Assembly (NCBI GenBank): GCA_029225085.1
Contig: JAQXVU010000010.1
Span: forward strand, 23,816 to 87,815
Length of the DNA: 64,000 bases
Direction: 5' to 3'
Origin: Eggerthellales bacterium
GTDB taxonomy: Bacteria > Actinomycetota > Coriobacteriia > Coriobacteriales > Eggerthellaceae
Each line of letters opens with the position of its first letter. The first letter of the stretch is position 1. This document shows positions 52,024 to 64,000 of the stretch, piece after piece. Below the pieces are notes generated by a model. The model made no database searches. It saw only the letters and a program-made list of their open reading frames with translations, and was not told the origin of the DNA. The position numbers and the translations under genes were made by a program.

Positions 52024-52560
52024 ATGGCTCAGCGAAGGAAGCGTGTGCTCATCGTTGATGGCTATAACGTGTTGCGCAGCGGCTATCGTTATCGCAACAT
52101 CACGTCTCCCGACTACACTCATGACGCCTTCAATCGTGCTCGTGAGCTGCTCATAAACGACGTGACCCTGTTCTCCGGTAAGGAGTATCGTGCGGTGATC
52201 GTCTTCGATGGCTACGGCAATGACTATTCCACTGGCGAGCCCACGAAGGTCGGCGGTGTGGAAATCGTCTTCTCGCCGAAGGGCCAGAGCGCGGATAAGG
52301 TCATAGAGAAGTATGCCCATGATGCGCGGGAACGAGGCTGTGAGGTCATGGTGGTTACCAGCGACGCCACCATTCAGGATACGGTGTTCGGTGGCAACGT
52401 CGACCGCATGAGTGCAGCGGGCTTCTGCCATGAGATGGAGCTGTACCACAAGGACGTGCAGCAGGAGGAGCACCCTAAGGCTTCTCGTAAGAACACTCTG
52501 CAGGATCGCATAGACGGCGACACCCTTGCCAAGCTCATCGCCCTGCGCGACGGCAAGTAG
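52024..52560 (+). CDS. NYN-domain ribonuclease, YacP/Rae1-like
   Basis: VLIVDGYNVL...VIVFDG...VVTSDATIQD. RBS AAGGAGG. Confidence 0.85.
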   Translation: MAQRRKRVLIVDGYNVLRSGYRYRNITSPDYTHDAFNRARELLINDVTLFSGKEYRAVIVFDGYGNDYSTGEPTKVGGVEIVFSPKGQSADKVIEKYAHDARERGCEVMVVTSDATIQDTVFGGNVDRMSAAGFCHEMELYHKDVQQEEHPKASRKNTLQDRIDGDTLAKLIALRDGK

Positions 52561-52666
52561 AGTCGTCTGTGTGGCAGCAGGCGGATTGTTCGTGCGGCAG
52601 CGAGCAGGACAGGCCTGGCGCATGATTGGTAGCGGTGACCTGAATTAGACCCACTAACTTTGCAAT

Positions 52667-52700
52667 GAAAAATCCCCGGGAGCTAAGCTCTCGGGGATTT
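52667..52700 (-). terminator. intrinsic terminator of the 52728..53345 gene (minus strand)
   Basis: Stem ATCCCCG/CGGGGAT with inner pairing, followed on the minus strand by TTTTT. Confidence 0.7.
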
Positions 52701-52727
52701 CGTGTTCGAAGAGGTGCTTGTCGGTGG

Positions 52728-53345
52728 TTACTTCTTCACCACGGTCTTGGCTACCTTGGCCTTCTTCAGGGTAGGCCGTTCTTTCTTGATGTTTCGCATG
52801 GTCACCAAGATGGCGACGATGAGGAAGATGTTCACGAAGCAGGTGAACTCGGGAATCGAGAGAACGCCGAAGAAGAAAGTGCCGAAGCCGATGGACATGA
52901 CTGCCCACAGACCCAGCAGGAACAGGGTGAAGGATGGGTTAGCCTTGTCGTACATCCAGCGGAAGCCCTGTACGTGGATGATGCTCACGATGATGGCGGT
53001 AAGCAGGTTGAACAGGCCGATGTAGCGAAGCATGTCCGCAACGGAATTGCCGTTGTACATGTTGCCGCCGTAGGTTTCCATCTCGAAACCGGAGTACTGC
53101 TGACCCTGACCGTAGGAGACCACTGCGAGAACGCCGCCCAAGATGATCATGAGGATGCCCCAGATGAAGATGGCGTTGAACAAGTTGTGCATGAGCTTGC
53201 GAGTCTTGGTCATGGGGTAGCCGTCGTCGCCGATGCGTACGCCATCCTTGTCGTAGTTAATGATAAGGGGTTGCTTTTCGGGCTTTGGCTCGGGGTTCAG
53301 AGGGTCAGTTTGCTTCTTAGATTTGGGACGAAGACTGAAGGCCAT
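52728..53345 (-). CDS. hypothetical 4-TM membrane protein
   Basis: RBS GGGAGGA. Hydrophilic N-terminus, four hydrophobic segments, Lys-rich C-terminus. No family recognised. Confidence 0.6.
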   Translation of the reverse strand: MAFSLRPKSKKQTDPLNPEPKPEKQPLIINYDKDGVRIGDDGYPMTKTRKLMHNLFNAIFIWGILMIILGGVLAVVSYGQGQQYSGFEMETYGGNMYNGNSVADMLRYIGLFNLLTAIIVSIIHVQGFRWMYDKANPSFTLFLLGLWAVMSIGFGTFFFGVLSIPEFTCFVNIFLIVAILVTMRNIKKERPTLKKAKVAKTVVKK

Positions 53346-53682
53346 AGTTCCTCCCTATATATGACGGTTGGTATAGAGCAAAGGAACATATCTATAAAGC
53401 AAATTAATGAGATACGTCCCAAGATTTGATTGATTGTATCTAAATCAGAGGAAATCGAAAGTCAGACAGAATGCTAGGGCTGTTTAAATATTCATAATCT
53501 TAATTAAAAAATTGTACAAATTCGGTTATCCCAAATATAAATCGATAGACCTAGCACATAAGAATGTAAAAAAATGGCGAGAAAAAATAAATCTATAGAA
53601 TTTGACCAATGGTATTTCTGTGAACGCTGTCATATAGTCTCCAATAGATTTGGTGAATAGTGAACTCGCAAAAGTAGTCATT

Positions 53683-53726
53683 GCATCAATGAATCACTGC
53701 CAGATGGGTGATTGGGATGCATTTTT
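53683..53726 (+). terminator. terminator-like hairpin inside the AT-rich island
   Basis: GCATC..AATCAC (53683-97) pairs with GTGATT..GATGC (53708-20), followed by TTTTT (53722-26). Confidence 0.45.
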
Positions 53727-53857
53727 GTGGGTCGACTAGAAACCGGTTACGGCGCGTGAACGCCGGACCCCTAAGCAGGGAGGGGTGTGCTGGTCCCTGT
53801 AAGTTTTAGGCTCGATCGTGTGCGAGCCTATGAAAATGAGAAAGGAAGGCGATCAAC

Positions 53858-55249
53858 ATGGCAGACCTCAAGTCGTACCACGGCATTGCTGCACGTATTG
53901 ACCGTATGCCTATCTCCAACTTCCACAGGAAGATCCTGTGGCTGCTGGGTGGCGTTACGTTCTGCGACTCCGTCGACATGGCTGTTGGTGGTCCTATCGG
54001 CATGGTCCTGCAGGACCAGGGCTTCATGACCCTCGAGCAGTTCGCATTCTTCAACTCCATCACCATGGTGGGTTACCTCTTCGGCGGTCTGATGGCTGGC
54101 GCCATCGCCGACTCCATCGGCCGTAAGAAGGCAGTTCTGATCTGCGGCTCTATCTTCACGGTATTCTGCTTCGTCGCTGCTGCATCTCCCGATGCAACGT
54201 TCCTGACTGCATGCCGCTTCTTCATGGGCCTCGGTCTGGGTGCTGCGTTCCCAGCTGGCTACAGCTGCCTGACTGAGTACACTCCTCCACAAAAGCGTGG
54301 TCAGTACCAGTCCTATGTTGGCCTCATCGCCAACACCGGTACCCTGGTTGCATCCTTCATCAACCTGATCGTTCTGCCAATCGCCGGTTGGCGCGAGGTG
54401 TTCATCATCTGCGGTTGCATCGGTGCGATCATCATGGCTCTCTGCTTCTTCTTCCTGGCAGAGTCCCCACGTTGGCAGGCAATGATGGGCAAGAACGACC
54501 TTGCTGACGCCACCGTCACCAAGCTCGAGCAGGATTCCATCGCCAAGGGCCTGGTCGTTCCTGAGGTGACTCAGGAGGAGATCGACAAGCGCGTTGCCGA
54601 GGGCGAGGTTAAGCAGCTTCCTTGGAGCTTCCTGTTCAAGAAGAACATGATCACCCGTACCCTGACCGCAATGTTCCTCTGCTTCACCATGAACGTTCTG
54701 GTTTACACCGTGATTTCTTGGACTCCAACCATCCTGAAGGCAAACGGCTTCGACGTTCAGCTGTCCACCCTCATGACCGTCGTCATGCAGTGCGGCATCC
54801 CCGTTGGCGTCGGCCTGCTCACCTTCTACGTAGAGAAGGTTAACCGCAAGACCATCCTGATCGTGACCTACATCCTGATCGCCATCCTTGGTCCTATCTG
54901 GTCCATGCTGCCTACCGATCAGCCTTACCTGGTCATGGGCTTTGGCTTCCTGGTGTGCGTCTTCACCTTCACCAACTCCGTTACCACCGCTGCTATCTAC
55001 CTGTCCGAGCCTTTCCCAACTGCCTGCCGTATCCGCGGCGCTGGCGTTGCAAACGCATTCGGTCGTCTGGGCGGCATCTTCAGCCCAATGTGGATCGCAT
55101 TCTTCGTGGCTTCCCCAATCGGTACCACTGGTGCTTACCTCGTTAACTCCTGCCTGGCCATTTGCATGGCTATCTGGCTGGCAATCTTCGGTGTTGAGAC
55201 CCGTGGCAAGACCCTTGAGGAGATCACCGAGGGTCTGTTGGACAAATAA
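53858..55249 (+). CDS. MFS transporter (sugar-porter/aromatic-acid or NiaP-like subfamily)
   Basis: 12-TM protein with GRKKAVLICG, FFMGLGLGAAFP and PQKRG motifs. RBS AAGGAAGG. Confidence 0.85.
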   Translation: MADLKSYHGIAARIDRMPISNFHRKILWLLGGVTFCDSVDMAVGGPIGMVLQDQGFMTLEQFAFFNSITMVGYLFGGLMAGAIADSIGRKKAVLICGSIFTVFCFVAAASPDATFLTACRFFMGLGLGAAFPAGYSCLTEYTPPQKRGQYQSYVGLIANTGTLVASFINLIVLPIAGWREVFIICGCIGAIIMALCFFFLAESPRWQAMMGKNDLADATVTKLEQDSIAKGLVVPEVTQEEIDKRVAEGEVKQLPWSFLFKKNMITRTLTAMFLCFTMNVLVYTVISWTPTILKANGFDVQLSTLMTVVMQCGIPVGVGLLTFYVEKVNRKTILIVTYILIAILGPIWSMLPTDQPYLVMGFGFLVCVFTFTNSVTTAAIYLSEPFPTACRIRGAGVANAFGRLGGIFSPMWIAFFVASPIGTTGAYLVNSCLAICMAIWLAIFGVETRGKTLEEITEGLLDK

Positions 55250-55336
55250 CGAGTCCGGTTCCTGTCCGTCCGTGATGATCGGTTAGGAAACACCCGTAAG
55301 TCCCACATCTGGATTGCCAAGCAATTAACGGGACGA

Positions 55337-55371
55337 GGAGCGCAAGGGAATTTCCCTTGCGCTCCTTTTTT
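55337..55371 (+). terminator. intrinsic terminator after MFS gene
   Basis: 13-bp stem GGAGCGCAAGGGA/TCCCTTGCGCTCC followed by TTTTTT. Confidence 0.9.
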
Positions 55372-55479
55372 GTGCCCAAAGTGGGTGGATTGCTTGCGTT
55401 CGAAAGGGCATGCAAAAGCAGGGGAGGGCTTCCTTGTGAGGGTGGTTTTCCTTCTTTCAGCCCTCGATCTGAGCGGGCT

Positions 55480-55850
55480 GGCGAGAAACGAACTATGTGC
55501 CAATCTGAGGCTCGGGAAAGGCCTCCTTTTGGCGAGAGATGGAACATATGCGCACTTCGGGTCTCGCAACCCAGTCTAGCTTCCTTCTCCGAGTCCCTCG
55601 GCCTTTGCCGTAGCCCTCTGTTACGCCCCGTTTCGCCTGAAAATGGGGCGTAATTCGGGTGCGAATTTGGAAAGGGCCGCCACCAGCCCTTTTCGCCGTA
55701 GCCTCGTTCCCGACCTGGCCCCGCTCGAAGGCTGCCCGCCCGCCGCGAAGTGCACATATAGTTCGTTCGCAGCCAATCCGACCCCGAATGGGAGGGGCAA
55801 ATTGGCACATAGTCGATTCCCATCCAGAAAGTGGCACATGTTCCGTTTCC
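55480..55850. repeat. five copies, in both orientations, of a ~25-30 nt element (GGCGAGA.A.G.AAC.TATGTGCC...)
   Basis: Forward copies near 55480 and 55530; reverse copies near 55750, 55795 and 55827. For example, CGAACTATGTGCCAAT (55489-55504) versus the reverse complement of ATTGGCACATAGTCG (55801-15). Confidence 0.6.
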
Positions 55851-55994
55851 GGCCATCTGAAAAGATCGCGCAGCCCGCCTAGGATGGGCACAGCGGTGCT
55901 TCGCTGTCGCCTCGGGCAAGCGCTGAGAGTTCGCAGCGGATTGCGGGCTCATGCGTGCCCTCAACGCGGCGAGCAGGTTCCTGGCCCTTTATCA

Positions 55995-56062
55995 CAAATT
56001 TCGAAAAAAATACATATCTCAAAAAAATTTTTGTTGACCTGGGCTATGAGCCGTAATAAAGT
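55995..56062 (+). promoter_or_regulatory. rpoBC promoter with A/T-rich UP-like element
   Basis: TTGACC (56034-39), 17-nt spacer, TAAAGT (56057-62), preceded by AAATTTCGAAAAAAATACATATCTCAAAAAAATTTTTG. Confidence 0.65.
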
Positions 56063-56118
56063 GTTGAACTGCTATTGTCTAGCACCAAATTGGCATCTTC
56101 CGAAGGAGGAAACGTCTC

Positions 56119-59100
56119 GTGGCCAACGTTGATAAGAATGCTTTCAACACGCGCTACCGCGATCGCGAAAGCTTTGCGAAGATTCCGAGCATCGTCGATG
56201 TTCCCAATCTTATCGCAATCCAGACAGAGAGCTTCCAGTGGTTCAAGGAGGAGGGTCTGAGCCAGACCTTCGCCGATATCAGCCCCATTGAGAGCACCAC
56301 GAAGGATATGTGCGTCGAGTTCGGCGACCATTACTTCGGTGACCCCAAGTTCACGGTAGAGGAGTGCCGCAAGCGCGACGTTTCCTACCAGGCTCCTCTG
56401 TTCTGCGAGATTCGCTTTATTAATAGAGTAACCGGTGAGATCAAGGAGCAGGAAGTATTCATGGGCGACTTCCCCATGATGACTCCTCAGGGCACCTTCA
56501 TCATCAACGGTACTGAGCGCGTTATCGTGTCTCAGCTGGTTCGTAGCCCTGGTGTGTACTTTTCCACCGAGCGCGACCGTCCTTCCAACCACCTCATCTA
56601 CAATGCGAAGATCATCCCTTCCCGTGGTAGCTGGCTGGAGTTCGAGACCGACAAGCGCGACATCCTGTCTGTCCGCATCGACCGTAAGCGCAAGCAGCCT
56701 GCAACCCTGATCCTCCGCGCACTGGGCCTCGCTGAGACCCGCGAGGAGATCGTGGAGCTGTTGGGTAACTCCGAGATGGTGCAGCGTACCCTCGATCGCG
56801 ACCCTGCAACCACCAAGGAAGAGGCTCTCATCGAGCTGTACAAGCGCTTCCGTCCCGGTGAGCCTTCCACCATCGACTCCGCTCGTGCTCTGCTCGAGGG
56901 CCTGTTCTTCAACCCTCAGCGCTATAACCTGGCCGACGTGGGTCGTTACAAGATCAACAAGAAGCTCGGCTTCGATCCTGAGGATAAGACCACCGTTCTT
57001 ACCGAGCAGGACATCATCGAGACCATGCGTTACATCGTGGCTCTGCACGATGGCCAGCCTGGCTACACCGTCGACGACATCGACCACTTCGGCAACCGTC
57101 GTATCCGCACTGTTGGCGAGCTGATTCAGAACCAGTTCCGTATCGGCCTGTCCCGTATGGAGCGCGTTGTCCGCGAGCGCATGAGCATGCAGGAGCCTGA
57201 CGAGATCACTCCTCAGTCCCTCATGAACATCCGTCCTATCGTGGCTGCCATCAAGGAGTTCTTCGGTTCCTCCCAGCTGTCCCAGTTCATGGATCAGACC
57301 AACCCTGCTGCAGGCATCGCTCACAAGCGTCGTCTGTCCGCTCTGGGTCCTGGCGGTCTGTCTCGTGAGCGTGCAGGCTTCGAGGTTCGAGACGTTCACA
57401 CCTCCCACTATGGCCGCATGTGCCCCATTGAGACCCCTGAAGGTCCTAACATCGGTCTGATTGGTAACCTGGCAACCTACGCCCGCGTAAACTCTTACGG
57501 CTTCATCGAGAGCCCCTATCGTCGCGTTATCGACGGTAAGGTCACCGACGAGATCGACTACCTCACCGCTGATGAGGAGGAGAAGTACAACATTGCCCAG
57601 GCAAACGAGCCCTTCGATCCTGAGACCCGTGAGTTCGGTCGCATGGTCGACGGCGAGTTCGTTCCCACCAAGCAGGTACTCTGCCGTACCCGCGACGTTA
57701 AGGGCAACTTCGGCGAGCCTGGTACCGTAGAGGCTTCCAAGATCGGCTACATGGACGTATCCCCACGTCAGATGGTATCCGTTGCAACCTCTCTGATTCC
57801 ATTCCTCGAGCACGACGACGCAAACCGCGCACTGATGGGCTCCAATATGCAGCGTCAGGCTGTGCCTCTGCTGCGTCCTTCCGCACCTCTGGTAGGTACC
57901 GGTATCGAGCACCGCATCGCGGTAGACTCCGGTGAGATCATCACCGCTCAGAACGCCGGCGTCATCGACTACGTCGATGCCGAGACCATCATCGTTCTGA
58001 ACAACGACGGTGAGTACGATGAGTACCTGATTCCTAAGTTCCAGCGCTCTAACCAGAGCGGCTGCATCAACCACAAGCCTCTGGTCCGCAAGGGCGACGA
58101 GGTGCAGGTTGGCGACGTTCTGGCTGATGGCCCTTCCTGCGATAAGGGCGAGCTGGCTCTGGGCCAGAACCTCATGATTGCCTACATGCCTTGGGAAGGC
58201 TACAACTACGAGGACGCTATCATCGTGTCCGAGCGCGTTGTTGCTGAGGACCTGCTGACCTCTATTCACATTCACGAGTACGAGATCGACGCCCGCGACA
58301 CCAAGCTTGGTCCTGAGGAGATCACCCGCGAGATTCCTAACATCTCCGAGGAGATGATTTCCGACCTGGACGCTGACGGCATCATCCGCTTCGGCGCTGA
58401 GGTGTTCCCTGGCGATGTCCTGGTTGGTAAGGTCACCCCTAAGGGCGAGATCGACCTCACCGCTGAGGAGCGTCTGCTCCGTGCCATCTTCGGCGAGAAG
58501 GCTCGCGAGGTTCGCGATACCTCTCTGAAGGTGCCTCACGGTTCCGGCGGCCGCATTATCGACATCGTGCATCAGTCCCGCGCTAACGGCGACGACCTGG
58601 CACCTGGCGTAAATGAGCTGGTTCGCGTCTTCGTTGCTCAGAAGCGTAAGATTCAGCAGGGCGATAAGCTGTCCGGCCGTCACGGTAACAAGGGTGTTAT
58701 TTCCCGCATCCTGCCTGTCGAGGACATGCCCTTCATGGCAGACGGTACCCCTATCGACATCATCCTGAACCCTCTGGGCGTTCCTTCCCGTATGAACGTT
58801 GGTCAGCTGCTCGAGAACCATCTCGGTTGGGCTGCCAAGTGGGGTTGGTCCGACGAGGATCCCGATGCATGCGTACAGGGCCCCAAGCACGTTGCTACCC
58901 CTGTTTTCGACGGTGCAACTGAGGAAGAGGTTTCCGACGTCATTCTGAAGGCAAACCGCAACCTCATTAATTGGAACCACGCTAAGTACGGCGACCTGGC
59001 TCGTGACGAGTTCGTGCCTCAGCTGACCGCTCAGGGCAAGACCACTCTGTACGACGGTCGTACCGGCGAGGCCTTCCGTGAGCCAATCACCTGCGGCCAG

Positions 59101-59643
59101 ACCTACATCCTGAAGTTGGGCCACCTGGTAGACGACAAGATCCATGCTCGTTCGGTAGGACCTTACAGCCTCATCACCCAGCAGCCTCTGGGCGGCAAGG
59201 CTCAGTTCGGTGGTCAGCGCTTCGGTGAGATGGAGGTTTGGGCTCTCTATGCATACGGCGCTTCCAACGTCCTGCAGGAGATCCTCACCGTTAAGTCCGA
59301 CGATACCGCAGGCCGCGTAAAGGCCTACGAGGCTATCGTGAAGGGCGAGAACATTCCTGAGCCTGAGGTTCCTGAGAGCTTCAAGGTTCTGATTAAGGAG
59401 ATGAAGTCCCTCTGCCTGAACATCGAGCTCGAGGGTACTGATTCCAACATCATCGACATGACTGCTGCCGAGGATGAAGCTGCTGTGGCTAACCCTGCAC
59501 TCGACATGATGCAGAAGGACGCCGCAGAGGTAGAGAAAGAAGATGAGAACGCATTGAACGACATCGCTGCAGAGCTCAGCGACCTCCTTGGCGAGGTCAG
59601 CGCTTTCAACGGTGGTGCTTCTGATGAGGGTGAGGTGCTGTAA
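56119..59643 (+). CDS. rpoB: DNA-directed RNA polymerase subunit beta
   Basis: GTG start 8 nt after GGAGGA. Conserved [12 protein letters not shown] (rifampicin cluster), GRHGNKGV and NVGQ motifs. 1174 aa. Confidence 0.98.
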   Translation: MANVDKNAFNTRYRDRESFAKIPSIVDVPNLIAIQTESFQWFKEEGLSQTFADISPIESTTKDMCVEFGDHYFGDPKFTVEECRKRDVSYQAPLFCEIRFINRVTGEIKEQEVFMGDFPMMTPQGTFIINGTERVIVSQLVRSPGVYFSTERDRPSNHLIYNAKIIPSRGSWLEFETDKRDILSVRIDRKRKQPATLILRALGLAETREEIVELLGNSEMVQRTLDRDPATTKEEALIELYKRFRPGEPSTIDSARALLEGLFFNPQRYNLADVGRYKINKKLGFDPEDKTTVLTEQDIIETMRYIVALHDGQPGYTVDDIDHFGNRRIRTVGELIQNQFRIGLSRMERVVRERMSMQEPDEITPQSLMNIRPIVAAIKEFFGSSQLSQFMDQTNPAAGIAHKRRLSALGPGGLSRERAGFEVRDVHTSHYGRMCPIETPEGPNIGLIGNLATYARVNSYGFIESPYRRVIDGKVTDEIDYLTADEEEKYNIAQANEPFDPETREFGRMVDGEFVPTKQVLCRTRDVKGNFGEPGTVEASKIGYMDVSPRQMVSVATSLIPFLEHDDANRALMGSNMQRQAVPLLRPSAPLVGTGIEHRIAVDSGEIITAQNAGVIDYVDAETIIVLNNDGEYDEYLIPKFQRSNQSGCINHKPLVRKGDEVQVGDVLADGPSCDKGELALGQNLMIAYMPWEGYNYEDAIIVSERVVAEDLLTSIHIHEYEIDARDTKLGPEEITREIPNISEEMISDLDADGIIRFGAEVFPGDVLVGKVTPKGEIDLTAEERLLRAIFGEKAREVRDTSLKVPHGSGGRIIDIVHQSRANGDDLAPGVNELVRVFVAQKRKIQQGDKLSGRHGNKGVISRILPVEDMPFMADGTPIDIILNPLGVPSRMNVGQLLENHLGWAAKWGWSDEDPDACVQGPKHVATPVFDGATEEEVSDVILKANRNLINWNHAKYGDLARDEFVPQLTAQGKTTLYDGRTGEAFREPITCGQTYILKLGHLVDDKIHARSVGPYSLITQQPLGGKAQFGGQRFGEMEVWALYAYGASNVLQEILTVKSDDTAGRVKAYEAIVKGENIPEPEVPESFKVLIKEMKSLCLNIELEGTDSNIIDMTAAEDEAAVANPALDMMQKDAAEVEKEDENALNDIAAELSDLLGEVSAFNGGASDEGEVL

Positions 59644-64000
<4,357 letters not shown>

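Noticed and set aside
53736-53775. ZTP (pfl) riboswitch, because of GGGTCG...GACCC
   Set aside because: The 3' sub-domain with CCGCCTGGG is absent and the gene context (MFS transporter) does not fit.

Overview
High-GC (roughly 60% by eye) Gram-positive chromosomal segment. Gene content and synteny look like Actinomycetota: dnaK-grpE-dnaJ-hspR-clpB, greA-lysS-clpC, ispD-ispF-cysS...rlmB, rpoB-rpoC. The anaerobe-type genes (hypFCD, nrdDG, a family III CoA-transferase, several 4Fe-4S proteins) suggest a Coriobacteriia/Eggerthellaceae-like organism; this is inference only. I call 45 protein genes, all with recognisable products except four hypotheticals, plus one tRNA-Pro(CGG), several clean intrinsic terminators and two strong sigma70-like promoters (dnaK, rpoBC). 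The only accessory module is a hipBA toxin-antitoxin pair with three evenly spaced palindromic operators. I found no CRISPR array, IS element, integrase, prophage or recognisable multi-gene defence system. Points worth a second look: (1) The beta-prime gene runs at least 215 codons past the conserved PAGTG end of the core, is still open at the window edge, and contains a segment resembling the helix-hairpin-helix C-terminal domain of the RNAP alpha subunit. (2) About 5 kb of the window is gene-free. It is packed with short degenerate tandem duplications (11-74 bp periods, 2-6 copies) and a dispersed GGCGAGAAA...TGGCAC element. At three genes the tandem duplication includes the last codons and the stop codon. 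(3) Two roughly 30-35% GC islands stand out in this GC-rich background. One splits a LytS-like kinase from its LytTR regulator. The other (53.35-53.73 kb) has a promoter-like site, a 28-codon ORF and a terminator-like hairpin, followed by a three-hairpin GC-rich leader upstream of an MFS transporter. (4) Tandem NrdR-box candidates sit upstream of nrdDG. The many very long ORFs antisense to the housekeeping genes (up to 2572 aa) are codon-aligned shadow ORFs and are rejected.
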